This document shows positions 1-8,151 of a DNA stretch of 40,852 nt, in pieces. This DNA comes from an uncultured Myxococcales bacterium (lineage in GTDB: Bacteria > Myxococcota > UBA4151). The notes under the pieces are model-generated. The model had not been told where the DNA came from. It made no database searches and saw only the letters and a program-made list of their open reading frames with translations. The stretch covers positions 1 to 40,852 of the forward strand of contig CAXGWI010000019.1 of NCBI GenBank assembly GCA_964013405.1. Reading direction: 5' to 3'. The position numbers and the translations under genes are program-made. Each line of letters begins with the position of its first letter. Within the stretch, counting starts at the first letter, position 1.

Positions 1-2256
1 CCAGAGTTCTGAAGAACCCCCATTGTGGCGATAAACGATGGGGTCGCCCCAGTCGCAGTGGTTATGGGTTGGATCAAACTGGGGGGCTGCACATCGACTG
101 CGCCCAAAGGCCTCCCGCTCAGGACGCAAGGCCCACTCTTGATCATCTCGGACCCAGCGCCAGCCATGGCCATAACGCTCAGGCGTCGCATTGGAGCAGC
201 CCCCTGAACAGGGCGAGGCCCAGGCCCAATAGAGCCCATTGTGATAGACCGCAAAACTGACCAACTGGCAGTTGTTCTGGCAGGCATCGACGTTGTTATC
301 GTTGCCATCATCGCAGGCTTCCCCCGGATCGACGCGGCCGTTGCCACAGGCGATGATGAGATCACAGGCCTCATCGCAGCCGTCGCCCCCATCACATGCT
401 TCCACGCCCTGTTGGACGAAACCATCGCCACACTGGGCGATTTGACAGTTGGCAAGGCAAGCATCTTCATTGCTGCCATTACCGTCATCACAGGCTTCGA
501 AGCCTTCCTCGCCCTGATCGAGGTCGGCCCGGGCCACACCATCGCCGCAGCGAGCCTCCATACAGTCGTTTAGACAGGCGTTGCTGTCATCATCATCGCC
601 ATCATCACAGGCTTCAAAGCCTGCCTCACCCTCGGCCAGGTCGAGCCGCAACACGCCATCGCCACATTCGGCCGGCTGGCAGGCATTGGTGCAGCCATCG
701 CCATCGGTTCGATTTCCGTCGTCGCAGACCTCTTCCCCTTCGATGTCCCCATTACCGCAACGTTCGATGACACAATCCGGTCGACAGCCGTCGGCATCTT
801 CATCGTTACCGTCGTCGCATTCTTCCTGGCCATCATGGATGATACCATCACCACAGCGAGCGACCGTGCAGTCGTTGGTACAGAGGTCCCCGGCCTCCTC
901 ATTGCCGTCGTCACATTCCTCTTGGTCTTCCCAGCGGTGTCCATCGCCACAGCGAGCGGGTTCGCAGCGCCGGGTACATGCATCCGTATCGACGAGGTTG
1001 CCGTCGTCGCAGCCCTCGACCCCGTCGCGAGTGATCCCATCGCCACAAATGGCCCGGCGGCAACCCGCCGTACAGGCATCTGTGTCCACGTCATTGCCAT
1101 CATCACAGTCTTCCCGGCGGTCGAAGACATGACCGTCGCCACAGCGGGCCAACTGACAGGTATTCGTGCAGGCGTCCGCGTTCTCGAAGTTTCCGTCGTC
1201 GCAATCTTCGACGCCGGCCCAGGTGACGCCATCACCGCAGCGAGCGCGACTGCACGCGCTGGTGCAGCGATCGGTTTGGTCGTCATTGCCATCGTCACAC
1301 TCTTCATTGGCGTCGACGCGACCGTTGCCGCAGCGTTCCACTCGGCAGGCGGCGCTGCAGCCGTCGCCCTCGCTCTGCCCACCATCATCACAGCCTTCAT
1401 AGCCGTCGTCTTCCGGGTTCAGATCTTGGCGCAACACGCCATCGCCGCAACGGGCGGGCTCGCAGCTGTTGGTGCAGGCATTGGAGTCGACCCGGTCCCC
1501 ATCGTCACAATCCTCATGGCCCGCCCAGATCTGTCCATCGCCGCAGCGGGCCGGCACACAGGTTGAAAGGCACTCGTCGTCATCGGCTAGGTTACCGTCA
1601 TCGCAACGCTCGCCTTCTTGGACGACCCCATCCCCACAACTGGCCAGAGCGCAGTTGGCACAGGCGTCGGTTGGGTCTTCATTGCCGTCGTCACAGCCTT
1701 CCGAGGGGCCGACGATGCCGTCGCCGCAAACATGGGGCTGACAGGTGCTCAGGCAGTCATCATCGTCGGCCAGGTTGCCATCATCACAGGCCTCATGGCC
1801 CGGTTCACCTTCACTGAGGTCGGTCCGCAGGACCCCATCACCACATCGGGCCCGCAGGCAGTTGCTCAGACAGGCGTCGCCGTCTTCCTCGTTACCATCG
1901 TCGCAGGCTTCGAACTGAACATGATCCTCTGAGAGATCCGTGCGCACGAAGGCGTCGCCACAACTGGCGAGCCGGCAGTTGTTGAGGCAACTGTCATTCT
2001 CCTCGGTATTGCCATCATCACATTCCTCAAAGCCGGCTTCTTCGGCACCGAGGTCGGTGCGTTGAATGTTGTCGCCACAGCGGGCGACCGTGCAGGCACC
2101 GGTGCAAGCGTCCCCTTGCTCGAGGTTGCCGTCGTCGCATTCTTCTGCGGCTTGGATGTCCCCATCCCCGCATTCGGAGGGCGTTTCACGGACCACCACC
2201 TGTTCGGGACAGGCGGTTAAAAGAAGAAGGGCAGCGAGGATTGATGGTGTACGCAC
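1..2256 (-). CDS. Lipoprotein with ~19 myxobacterial cysteine-rich repeats (DUF4215-like) and a C-terminal globular domain; 3' end lies outside the window
   Basis: Hand translation from GTG at 2256 (GGAG upstream): MRTPSILAALLLLTAC (lipobox), then repeats CG(D/N)G-x-E-x-CDDGN-x5-C-x3-C. No stop in this frame down to base 1. Not in the ORF track. Confidence 0.9.
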   Translation of the reverse strand, partial: MRTPSILAALLLLTACPEQVVVRETPSECGDGDIQAAEECDDGNLEQGDACTGACTVARCGDNIQRTDLGAEEAGFEECDDGNTEENDSCLNNCRLASCGDAFVRTDLSEDHVQFEACDDGNEEDGDACLSNCLRARCGDGVLRTDLSEGEPGHEACDDGNLADDDDCLSTCQPHVCGDGIVGPSEGCDDGNEDPTDACANCALASCGDGVVQEGERCDDGNLADDDECLSTCVPARCGDGQIWAGHEDCDDGDRVDSNACTNSCEPARCGDGVLRQDLNPEDDGYEGCDDGGQSEGDGCSAACRVERCGNGRVDANEECDDGNDDQTDRCTSACSRARCGDGVTWAGVEDCDDGNFENADACTNTCQLARCGDGHVFDRREDCDDGNDVDTDACTAGCRRAICGDGITRDGVEGCDDGNLVDTDACTRRCEPARCGDGHRWEDQEECDDGNEEAGDLCTNDCTVARCGDGIIHDGQEECDDGNDEDADGCRPDCVIERCGNGDIEGEEVCDDGNRTDGDGCTNACQPAECGDGVLRLDLAEGEAGFEACDDGDDDDSNACLNDCMEARCGDGVARADLDQGEEGFEACDDGNGSNEDACLANCQIAQCGDGFVQQGVEACDGGDGCDEACDLIIACGNGRVDPGEACDDGNDNNVDACQNNCQLVSFAVYHNGLYWAWASPCSGGCSNATPERYGHGWRWVRDDQEWALRPEREAFGRSRCAAPQFDPTHNHCDWGDPIVYRHNGGSSELW

Positions 2257-2302
2257 GGGGATATGGCTCCGCCCCCAGCTTAGATCCTTCTCGCTTCTGA
2301 CG

Positions 2303-3733
2303 CTAGACGCTGAGCGCTTTGGCGGCCGTGAGGCGGCTGGCGAAGGGCCTAAGCCCGGGCCGGACCTCCGATGCCAGAAAGGCGCGCACTTGCTCGGGCG
2401 CCCTGCCCACGAAACTGCTGGGTTCCAGCAAAGCCTCCAGTTGCCCATGGATCGGGGCAAAGTAGGCGTCCTCTTCGATACGCTGGAGCAGATCGTTGTC
2501 GCCCCCCTCTTCCTTGACCACGCGGGCCGCGGCGAGGGAGTGGACACGGATCGCTTCGTGAACCGTTTGACGGTCGCCGCCGGCCTTCACCATGGCCATG
2601 ATGATATTTTCGGTGGCCATGAAGGGGAGCTCGCTGGTGATGCGCCGAGCGATGACCGCGGGATAGACGACGAGCCCAGAACAGACATTGTGCATGATGC
2701 TGCAGATGGCGTCGGCCGAGAGAAAGGCTTCGGAGAGGGAGAGGCGTCGGTTGGCCGAGTCGTCGAGGCTGCGCTCCATCCATTGGGTGGCATGGGTTTG
2801 GCCTGCGTTCGCGGCCAAGTTCATCAGGAAGCGAGCCAGGCTGCAGGCCCGTTCGCTGCGCATGGGGTTGCGCTTGTAGGCCATGGCCGACGAGCCGATT
2901 TGGTCTTTGGCAAAAGGCTCTTCGATCTCTTTCAAGTTGGCCAGCAGGCGCAGGTCGGTGGCCATCTTGTGGATACTCGCCCCAAGGGAGGCCAGCGCAT
3001 TCAGGACATCGAAGTCGGTTTTTCGGGAGTAGGTTTGCCCGCAGATGATGAGTCGATCCTGAAAGCCCATCGTTTCACTCACCGCTGCATCGAGGGCTTC
3101 CACCTTGTCGTGGTCACCGTCGAAGAGGGCGAGGAAGCTCGCTTGGGTTCCCGTGGTACCTTTGACCCCCCGAAAGCGCAGCTCGTCTCGGGCGCGGGTC
3201 AACTGCCGTAGATCGACCATCAAGTCGGCCAACCAGAGACAGGCCCGCTTGCCGACGGTGGTGAGTTGGGCAGGCTGGTAGTGGGTAAAGCCGAGGGTGG
3301 GGAGATCCTGTTGGGCTTCGGCGAAATCAGCGAGGGCTGCAATCAGGTTGGCAAGGCTTGTGATGGTGAGATCGAGGGCCGCTCGAATTTGGATGAGGTC
3401 GGTGTTGTCACCCACGTAGCAACTGGTGGCACCTAAATGGATGATCGGTCGGGCCTTGGGGCAGAGGTCACCGTAGTGGTGGATGTGGGCCATCACATCG
3501 TGGCGAAGTTGCTTTTCGTAGGTTGCGATTGCTGGGAAGTCGAACTGCTCGATTTGCCCTTCCATTTCAGCGATCTGCTCGTCGCTGATCTCCAGTCCAA
3601 GGGCCTGTTCGCCCTTCGCCAAGGCGATCCAGAGCCGCCGCCAGGTGGTAAACTTGAACTGCGGACTAAAGATCGCCTGCATCTCTTGGCTGGCATAACG
3701 GCTGGCGAGTGGGTGTTCGAAGCTCACAAGCAT
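2303..3733 (-). CDS. purB: Adenylosuccinate lyase
   Basis: Fumarate-lyase signature [38 protein letters not shown]. Confidence 0.96.
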   Translation of the reverse strand: MLVSFEHPLASRYASQEMQAIFSPQFKFTTWRRLWIALAKGEQALGLEISDEQIAEMEGQIEQFDFPAIATYEKQLRHDVMAHIHHYGDLCPKARPIIHLGATSCYVGDNTDLIQIRAALDLTITSLANLIAALADFAEAQQDLPTLGFTHYQPAQLTTVGKRACLWLADLMVDLRQLTRARDELRFRGVKGTTGTQASFLALFDGDHDKVEALDAAVSETMGFQDRLIICGQTYSRKTDFDVLNALASLGASIHKMATDLRLLANLKEIEEPFAKDQIGSSAMAYKRNPMRSERACSLARFLMNLAANAGQTHATQWMERSLDDSANRRLSLSEAFLSADAICSIMHNVCSGLVVYPAVIARRITSELPFMATENIIMAMVKAGGDRQTVHEAIRVHSLAAARVVKEEGGDNDLLQRIEEDAYFAPIHGQLEALLEPSSFVGRAPEQVRAFLASEVRPGLRPFASRLTAAKALSV

Positions 3734-3797
3734 GGTCTCCCGGCGGACTCGCTCTAGCTGGCCGGAGCAGTGAATGCCATGAACTTTGGCAGCCCGG

Positions 3798-3827
3798 TTG
3801 ACCGGGGCGCAACCCTCCGGCTACGGC
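3798..3827 (+). promoter_or_regulatory. Putative sigma70-type promoter of the yhhQ-folB-SDR operon
   Basis: TTGACC-N18-TACGGC just upstream of RBS AAGGGAG and ATG 3849. Confidence 0.35.
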
Positions 3828-3848
3828 CAGAGCCAAGGGAGCCTCGTC

Positions 3849-4646
3849 ATGGACATGAGCAAGAAGGACAAGGTCTACTGCCTAATCCTTGCGGTCTTCT
3901 GCACCGTTCTGGTGCTCACCAACATCATCGGTGTGAAGCTCTTCCATATGCTGCCCCATAGCCTCGGCAAGGTCTGTTGGGGGAACCCAGCTTCGCCCGA
4001 AGGTACCTACTGCACGCTGACGAGCGGTATCATCACTTACCCCCTCACCTTTCTGCTCACCGATACGGTTTCGGAACTCTATGGGCGCAAGCGCGCGGAT
4101 TTCATGGTGGCCATCGGCTTTGTGGTCAGCCTTGTGATGGTCCTCTTCGTCGCCGCCGCCGTCGCCCTGCCAGGCTCGAGTATTTGGACGAGTTCGACAC
4201 TTGGTTTCAGCACCGTGGCCTGCCAAGCCGTTGATGCAGAGACCGGTGCGTGCTTGGTGCCTGGGATGCAGCAGGGTTATGAATCCGTCTTTACCCTGCC
4301 CGGAACGCTCGTTCTGGGCTCGATGACGGCTTATCTCTTTGCCCAGTTCCTCGACAATCGTTTGTTCCACTACTGGCGGAACAAGACGCAAGGGCGCCAC
4401 CTCTGGTTACGTAACAACGCGTCGACCATCGTCAGCCAACTGGTCGACACCTTGATTGTGAACATCATTTTTCTGTGGTGGGGGCTCGGGCTTCCCATCG
4501 AGATCTGTTTCCAGATCCTCATTGCCAATTACGTCTTCAAGGTGCTGATTGCTGCGCTGGATACCCCGCTCGTCTATTTGTTGACCTCTTTTCTCCGCAA
4601 GCATCTCAATCTTCCACCTGCTGAGGCGGAGTATCAGACCCCATGA
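3849..4646 (+). CDS. yhhQ: Queuosine precursor (preQ0/preQ1) transporter, YhhQ/DUF165 family
   Basis: Motifs TNIIGVK, YPLTFLLTDTVSELYG, GSMTAYLFAQFLD, LWLRNNASTIVSQLVDT, ALDTP. Start placed at ATG 3849 after AAGGGAG. Confidence 0.9.
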   Translation: MDMSKKDKVYCLILAVFCTVLVLTNIIGVKLFHMLPHSLGKVCWGNPASPEGTYCTLTSGIITYPLTFLLTDTVSELYGRKRADFMVAIGFVVSLVMVLFVAAAVALPGSSIWTSSTLGFSTVACQAVDAETGACLVPGMQQGYESVFTLPGTLVLGSMTAYLFAQFLDNRLFHYWRNKTQGRHLWLRNNASTIVSQLVDTLIVNIIFLWWGLGLPIEICFQILIANYVFKVLIAALDTPLVYLLTSFLRKHLNLPPAEAEYQTP

Positions 4647-5002
4647 GGCGAGATCAGGTGCTGATTCGAGGCCTCGAAATCGAGGTTATCGTTGGGATCC
4701 TCGAAGGGGAGCGGACAAAGCCGCAGGCCCTGCGCTTTGACCTCGATTTAACGGTCGACTTTGCTCGCATTCGCCATCCGGAAGACTACGACCACATCGT
4801 CGACTACGCAGCGGTTTCTCGCTCGATCCAGGACCTCGCGCAGCAGGGCAGATATCTTCTGCTGGAGACCTTGGGCGACGACCTCTGCAATCTGCTCTTT
4901 TCCCGTTGGCCCATCGAGCGGATTCGCCTGGTGATCGAGAAGCCTGAAGCCGTTGCCGAAGCCCGATGGGTGGGGATTGAGATGGAACGGAGTCGGCCCT
5001 GA
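4643..5002 (+). CDS. folB: Dihydroneopterin aldolase
   Basis: GILEGER..PQ, VDYAAV, LLETL, IEKPEA motifs; 119 aa; ATGA overlap with yhhQ. Confidence 0.9.
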   Translation: MRRDQVLIRGLEIEVIVGILEGERTKPQALRFDLDLTVDFARIRHPEDYDHIVDYAAVSRSIQDLAQQGRYLLLETLGDDLCNLLFSRWPIERIRLVIEKPEAVAEARWVGIEMERSRP

Positions 5003-5736
5003 TGGATTTGGCCGGTCGCCGGGTCCTCATCACGGGGTCATTGGTTCGGACGGGCCGGCATTTGGCCCTCGCCATGGCCCGTCATGGCGCCGCTGTTTGT
5101 CTGCACGGGCGAGGGGCCAGTGAGGCCTTGCCCGCCCTGCTTGCGGAACTGGAGGCTGCGGGTGCTCCTGAGACCCATTTTGTGGCCGCCGATCTTACGG
5201 ATCCGGAGCAGGTCGAGGGCATGGCCAGCGCAGTTGAAACGGAGTTCGGGCCCATCGATAGTCTGATTAACAATGTCGGCGTCTACGATCCGAAGCCCTT
5301 GCCCGAAATCGATGCCAAGCATTGGCGCTGGACGCTTGCGGGCAACTTGGACGCCACCTTCTACTGTGCGCAGGCTTTTGTCGGTCAATTGTTGCAGCAC
5401 CCCAGGAGCCGGATGGTGAACTTGGGCTATGCCAGCTGCGACCGGCTCCGGCCTGCATCTGTCGGGACCGCTTATCAGATTGCGAAAACGGGTGTTCACC
5501 TCCTAGGTCAAAGTCTTGCTCGGACCCATGCTGGGACAGGGCTCACTGTGAACACATTGAGCCCCGGACAGTTGGAAAATTCTATCGATCTACCCAGTGA
5601 CCAAGACCTTCCTTCCGGGCGGGCATGCAGGCTGGAGGAATTGGGCCAGGCGCTCATGTACCTGCTGTCTCCTGAGGCGGATCAGGTCACAGGCACGAAC
5701 CTCGAACTTGCCGGGGCTTGGCAGCCGAGGACCTGA
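5002..5736 (+). CDS. SDR oxidoreductase, pteridine reductase (FolM/PTR1)-like
   Basis: TGSLVRTG (TGxxxRxG variant typical of pteridine reductases), INNVG, YQIAK catalytic YxxxK; TGATG overlap with folB. Confidence 0.75.
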   Translation: MDLAGRRVLITGSLVRTGRHLALAMARHGAAVCLHGRGASEALPALLAELEAAGAPETHFVAADLTDPEQVEGMASAVETEFGPIDSLINNVGVYDPKPLPEIDAKHWRWTLAGNLDATFYCAQAFVGQLLQHPRSRMVNLGYASCDRLRPASVGTAYQIAKTGVHLLGQSLARTHAGTGLTVNTLSPGQLENSIDLPSDQDLPSGRACRLEELGQALMYLLSPEADQVTGTNLELAGAWQPRT

Positions 5737-5770
5737 AGGCCTACAAGATGGCATGACATAGGGGCTCAAA

Positions 5771-6493
5771 ATGTATCGCTTCTTGACGTTTCTGATTTTG
5801 GGGTGGGGGGCTAGCACCTTTGCCATGGCACCTCCGCTTTCACCGGAAGAATTGGCGACCTCAGCCTTGGTGATCGTCGATGGCCGAGTGATTCAAGTGG
5901 AATGTATGGGGAGCCCTGAGCGCGCCGAGGACAGTGCGATGGTGACACCGTTGAAGGCCTACCTTGAGGTGTCTGGGATCGAGAAGAAGCCTGCGGAAGG
6001 TCAGGCTTGGGGGGATCTCCTCATCGGTGACTCCATCGAGTTACATTTTGACAAGCGAGACTATGGGACTCGACCGCAACCGGGATGCGCTTGGGTGCCG
6101 AGCTACCGAGAGGGACAAAGTGGTCGTTGGTGGTTGCGGGCCGAGGATGTGGACCGTCTGACCATGGTGTCTTGGAACAGTTTTGAGGCGGCTGAGGATC
6201 ATGCGCCTCTCGACCTGCCTGAATGTGGTGGTTCCGATGGGGGCCCAGGGCCTGAGGCGGATGGAGGGCAAGGTGCGGAGGACGGGGGCGTCGAGCCCGT
6301 TGCGGACAGCGGCCTGGAGCCTTTTGTCGATGGGGGCTCTGAGGGGGCCGCCGATGCCGGGCCAGCGAGCGTTGATGGAGGACTGGCCCAGGACGAAGAC
6401 GAGGCCGGTGGCTGCAGTTGCAGCGGTTTAGGTGCCGAGTTTGCTTTGTGGCCCTTGGTTGGGTTTATAGGCCTTCGAAGGCGTCGGCGCTAA
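5771..6493 (+). CDS. Secreted surface protein with MYXO-CTERM sorting tail
   Basis: Signal peptide MYRFLTFLILGWGASTFA; acidic DGG-repeat linker; C-terminus GGCSCS-hydrophobic-LRRRRR. Confidence 0.8.
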   Translation: MYRFLTFLILGWGASTFAMAPPLSPEELATSALVIVDGRVIQVECMGSPERAEDSAMVTPLKAYLEVSGIEKKPAEGQAWGDLLIGDSIELHFDKRDYGTRPQPGCAWVPSYREGQSGRWWLRAEDVDRLTMVSWNSFEAAEDHAPLDLPECGGSDGGPGPEADGGQGAEDGGVEPVADSGLEPFVDGGSEGAADAGPASVDGGLAQDEDEAGGCSCSGLGAEFALWPLVGFIGLRRRRR

Positions 6494-6827
6494 AGGACTG
6501 GAAGCGAGCGTTTGCCCAATCGGTGACTTTGCCTGATGGGGTGAAGACTAAACCTTCGTCTTGAAGCATCTGTTCTTGGAGCACCGCACGGTAGCTGTCG
6601 TTGCGTCCGCTGACTTTGCCTTGGGCGTTGATGACTCGCTGCCAGGGTACCTCATCCTGTCTTGATACCGGCAAGCCAGAGAGAGCGAAGCCAACCTGTC
6701 TCGCCAACTGGGGGTGGCCGAGAGCCGCTGCCACATCGGAGTAGGCGGCGACACGACCTGGCGGGATTTGTTGCACCAGTCGATAGACCTGTTCTCGAAA
6801 GCCGTGGGCTTTGCGCTGCCTCGTCAC
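6465..6827 (-). CDS. Alkyltransferase-like protein (ATL/YbaZ, MGMT family)
   Basis: QIPPGRVAAYSDVA, ARQVGFAL, PWQRVIN (Trp in place of the catalytic Cys). Start reassigned to GTG 6827, overlapping the xth TGA. Confidence 0.85.
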   Translation of the reverse strand: MTRQRKAHGFREQVYRLVQQIPPGRVAAYSDVAAALGHPQLARQVGFALSGLPVSRQDEVPWQRVINAQGKVSGRNDSYRAVLQEQMLQDEGLVFTPSGKVTDWANARFQSFSADAFEGL

Positions 6828-7606
6828 AGGGAGCTGGTGTCGAGATTTAACTCGATGCCGACGGGGCAGTGGTCGCTGCCCAGCACATCGCTCAAAATCC
6901 ATGCACGCTCCAGATGAGGAAGCGTCTCCCCGCTGATCATGTGGTAGTCGATGCGCCAGCCCACGTTTCGGGCCCGTGCACCGCTGCGAAAGCTCCACCA
7001 GGAATAGTGATCTGGTTCATCGGGGTGCAGGTGCCGGAAGCTATCGACCCAGCCCGAATCAACCCACGTGTCCAAGGCCGCTCGCTCGATGGGAAGGAAC
7101 CCAGTGGTCTTCACATTCGCCTTCGGGCGGGCCAGGTCGATGGGGTAGTGCGCGGTATTAAAATCCCCGCAGACGACCACCAACTGTTCCTGGGCTCTGG
7201 CCAGTTCCGCGGCGTCGAGGACGGCCGCGGTGTAATCTAGTTTGTAGGGGACGCGGCCATGGTCATTTTGCCCATTGGGAAAGTAGCCGTTGAAGATGGT
7301 CAGTGGCCCATGGGTGGTCACAACCGTTCGGCCTTCTCGGTCAAAGCGCTCGATCCCCAGACCCACCTCCACTTCGTCCGGGGCCTCTCGGCTCCAGGTG
7401 GACGTCCCCGAATAGCCTTTCTTTTCGGCGCTGGCCCAAACGCAGTGATAGCCGTGATCCGTGAGCAACTCGGGGCCCAGGACATCGGGGCTGGCCTTCG
7501 TCTCCTGCAAGCAGAGGACGTCAGGCTGTTCCTCCTCAAGCCAGGTGAGTAAACCCTTCTTGGCGCAGGCCCGCACCCCGTTCACATTAAAACTGATGAT
7601 CTTCAT
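6824..7606 (-). CDS. xth: Exodeoxyribonuclease III / AP endonuclease
   Basis: SFNVNGVRA, LCLQETK, CGDFNTAH, GWRIDY, GSDHCP. Confidence 0.96.
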   Translation of the reverse strand: MKIISFNVNGVRACAKKGLLTWLEEEQPDVLCLQETKASPDVLGPELLTDHGYHCVWASAEKKGYSGTSTWSREAPDEVEVGLGIERFDREGRTVVTTHGPLTIFNGYFPNGQNDHGRVPYKLDYTAAVLDAAELARAQEQLVVVCGDFNTAHYPIDLARPKANVKTTGFLPIERAALDTWVDSGWVDSFRHLHPDEPDHYSWWSFRSGARARNVGWRIDYHMISGETLPHLERAWILSDVLGSDHCPVGIELNLDTSSL

Positions 7607-7630
7607 GGCTCCTCAGAAGCCAGGGAGATC

Positions 7631-7663
7631 AAAAAAGATCAAGGGACCCATTTCGGGTCCCTT
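7631..7663 (-). terminator. Intrinsic terminator after the tRNA cluster
   Basis: Minus strand AAGGGACCC-GAAAT-GGGTCCCTT hairpin followed by GATCTTTTTT. Confidence 0.7.
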
Positions 7664-7738
7664 GGTAGGCGCACAAGGATTCGAACCTTGGACCAGCGGA
7701 TTAAGAGTCCGATGCTCTACCAACTGAGCTATGCGCCC
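7663..7738 (-). tRNA. tRNA-Lys(CTT)
   Basis: GGGCGCATAGCTCAGTTGGTAGAGC...CT CTT AA...GGTTCGAATCC...CCA; 76 nt. Confidence 0.96.
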
Positions 7739-7739
7739 A

Positions 7740-7816
7740 TGGGGTGGCTGACGGGACTTGAACCCGCAACAACCGGCACCACAAGCCGGGGCTCTACCTA
7801 TTGAACTACAGCCACC
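7740..7816 (-). tRNA. tRNA-His(GTG)
   Basis: GGTGGCTGTAGTTCAATAGGTAGAGC...TT GTG GT...GGTTCAAGTCCC...CCA; includes encoded G-1. Confidence 0.95.
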
Positions 7817-7887
7817 ATAGGCCGGCAGCAAATGCCTCAAAGCGGCCGGCGTGCAAAGGCCCTTTTCACTTGGTGGCGCAGCAAAAA

Positions 7888-7964
7888 TGGCGCGCCAGGC
7901 AGGACTCGAACCTGCGACCTACGGCTTAGAAGGCCGTTGCTCTATCCAGCTGAGCTACTGGCGC
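7888..7964 (-). tRNA. tRNA-Arg(TCT)
   Basis: GCGCCAGTAGCTCAGCTGGATAGAGC...CT TCT AA...GGTTCGAGTCC...CCA. Confidence 0.96.
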
Positions 7965-7967
7965 TCA

Positions 7968-8045
7968 TGGTCGGGGCGGCAGGATTCGAACCTGCGGCCT
8001 ACTGCTCCCAAAGCAGTCGCGCTAACCAGGCTGCGCTACGCCCCG
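7968..8045 (-). tRNA. tRNA-Pro(TGG)
   Basis: CGGGGCGTAGCGCAGCCTGGTTAGCGC...TT TGG GA...GGTTCGAATCC...CCA. Confidence 0.96.
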
Positions 8046-8056
8046 TGACCGGCCAC

Positions 8057-8085
8057 GGGCTACGGGAAAGGCGCAGAGATAGCAA
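8057..8085 (-). promoter_or_regulatory. Putative promoter of the tRNA cluster
   Basis: Minus strand TTGCTA-N17-TAGCCC, 11 nt upstream of tRNA-Pro, followed by a GC-rich discriminator-like stretch. Confidence 0.5.
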
Positions 8086-8151
8086 GGATTCTGGGGGCTA
8101 TGCCTTCGCGTGAACTAAGGCTAGGCTGCTGCGTCTTCGCAGGAGGCCCTG

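Noticed and set aside
241..2170. Periodic GTTGCCATCATC/GCCGTCGTC repeats that might suggest a CRISPR array
   Set aside because: The repeats are degenerate at third codon positions and encode CDDGN. There are no identical repeats with unique spacers and no cas genes.
25..2189. Many listed ORFs over the first 2.2 kb (e.g. 241..573+, 835..1566+, 570..1400-)
   Set aside because: They are antisense or off-frame shadows of the repetitive Cys-rich lipoprotein gene.
2066..3211. Long antisense ORFs (also 15436..16470, 21837..23036, 29918..30754, 33926..34633)
   Set aside because: Each lies opposite a well-conserved gene, which is expected with GC-rich codon usage, and none has recognisable motifs.
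3734..3848. Possible preQ1 riboswitch upstream of yhhQ (also upstream of queF, 14377-14426)
   Set aside because: Neither region shows the preQ1-I stem-loop with its A-rich 3' tail.
7817..7887. 71-nt gap between tRNA-Arg and tRNA-His as a degenerate fifth tRNA
   Set aside because: No T-loop (GTTC) or cloverleaf; only a GCCGGC inverted repeat and a lone TTGCAC.
7607..8045. tRNA cluster as an integration site for an island or prophage
   Set aside because: No integrase nearby, no duplicated tRNA 3' end noticed, and both flanks are housekeeping genes. ORFs called over the tRNAs are spurious.
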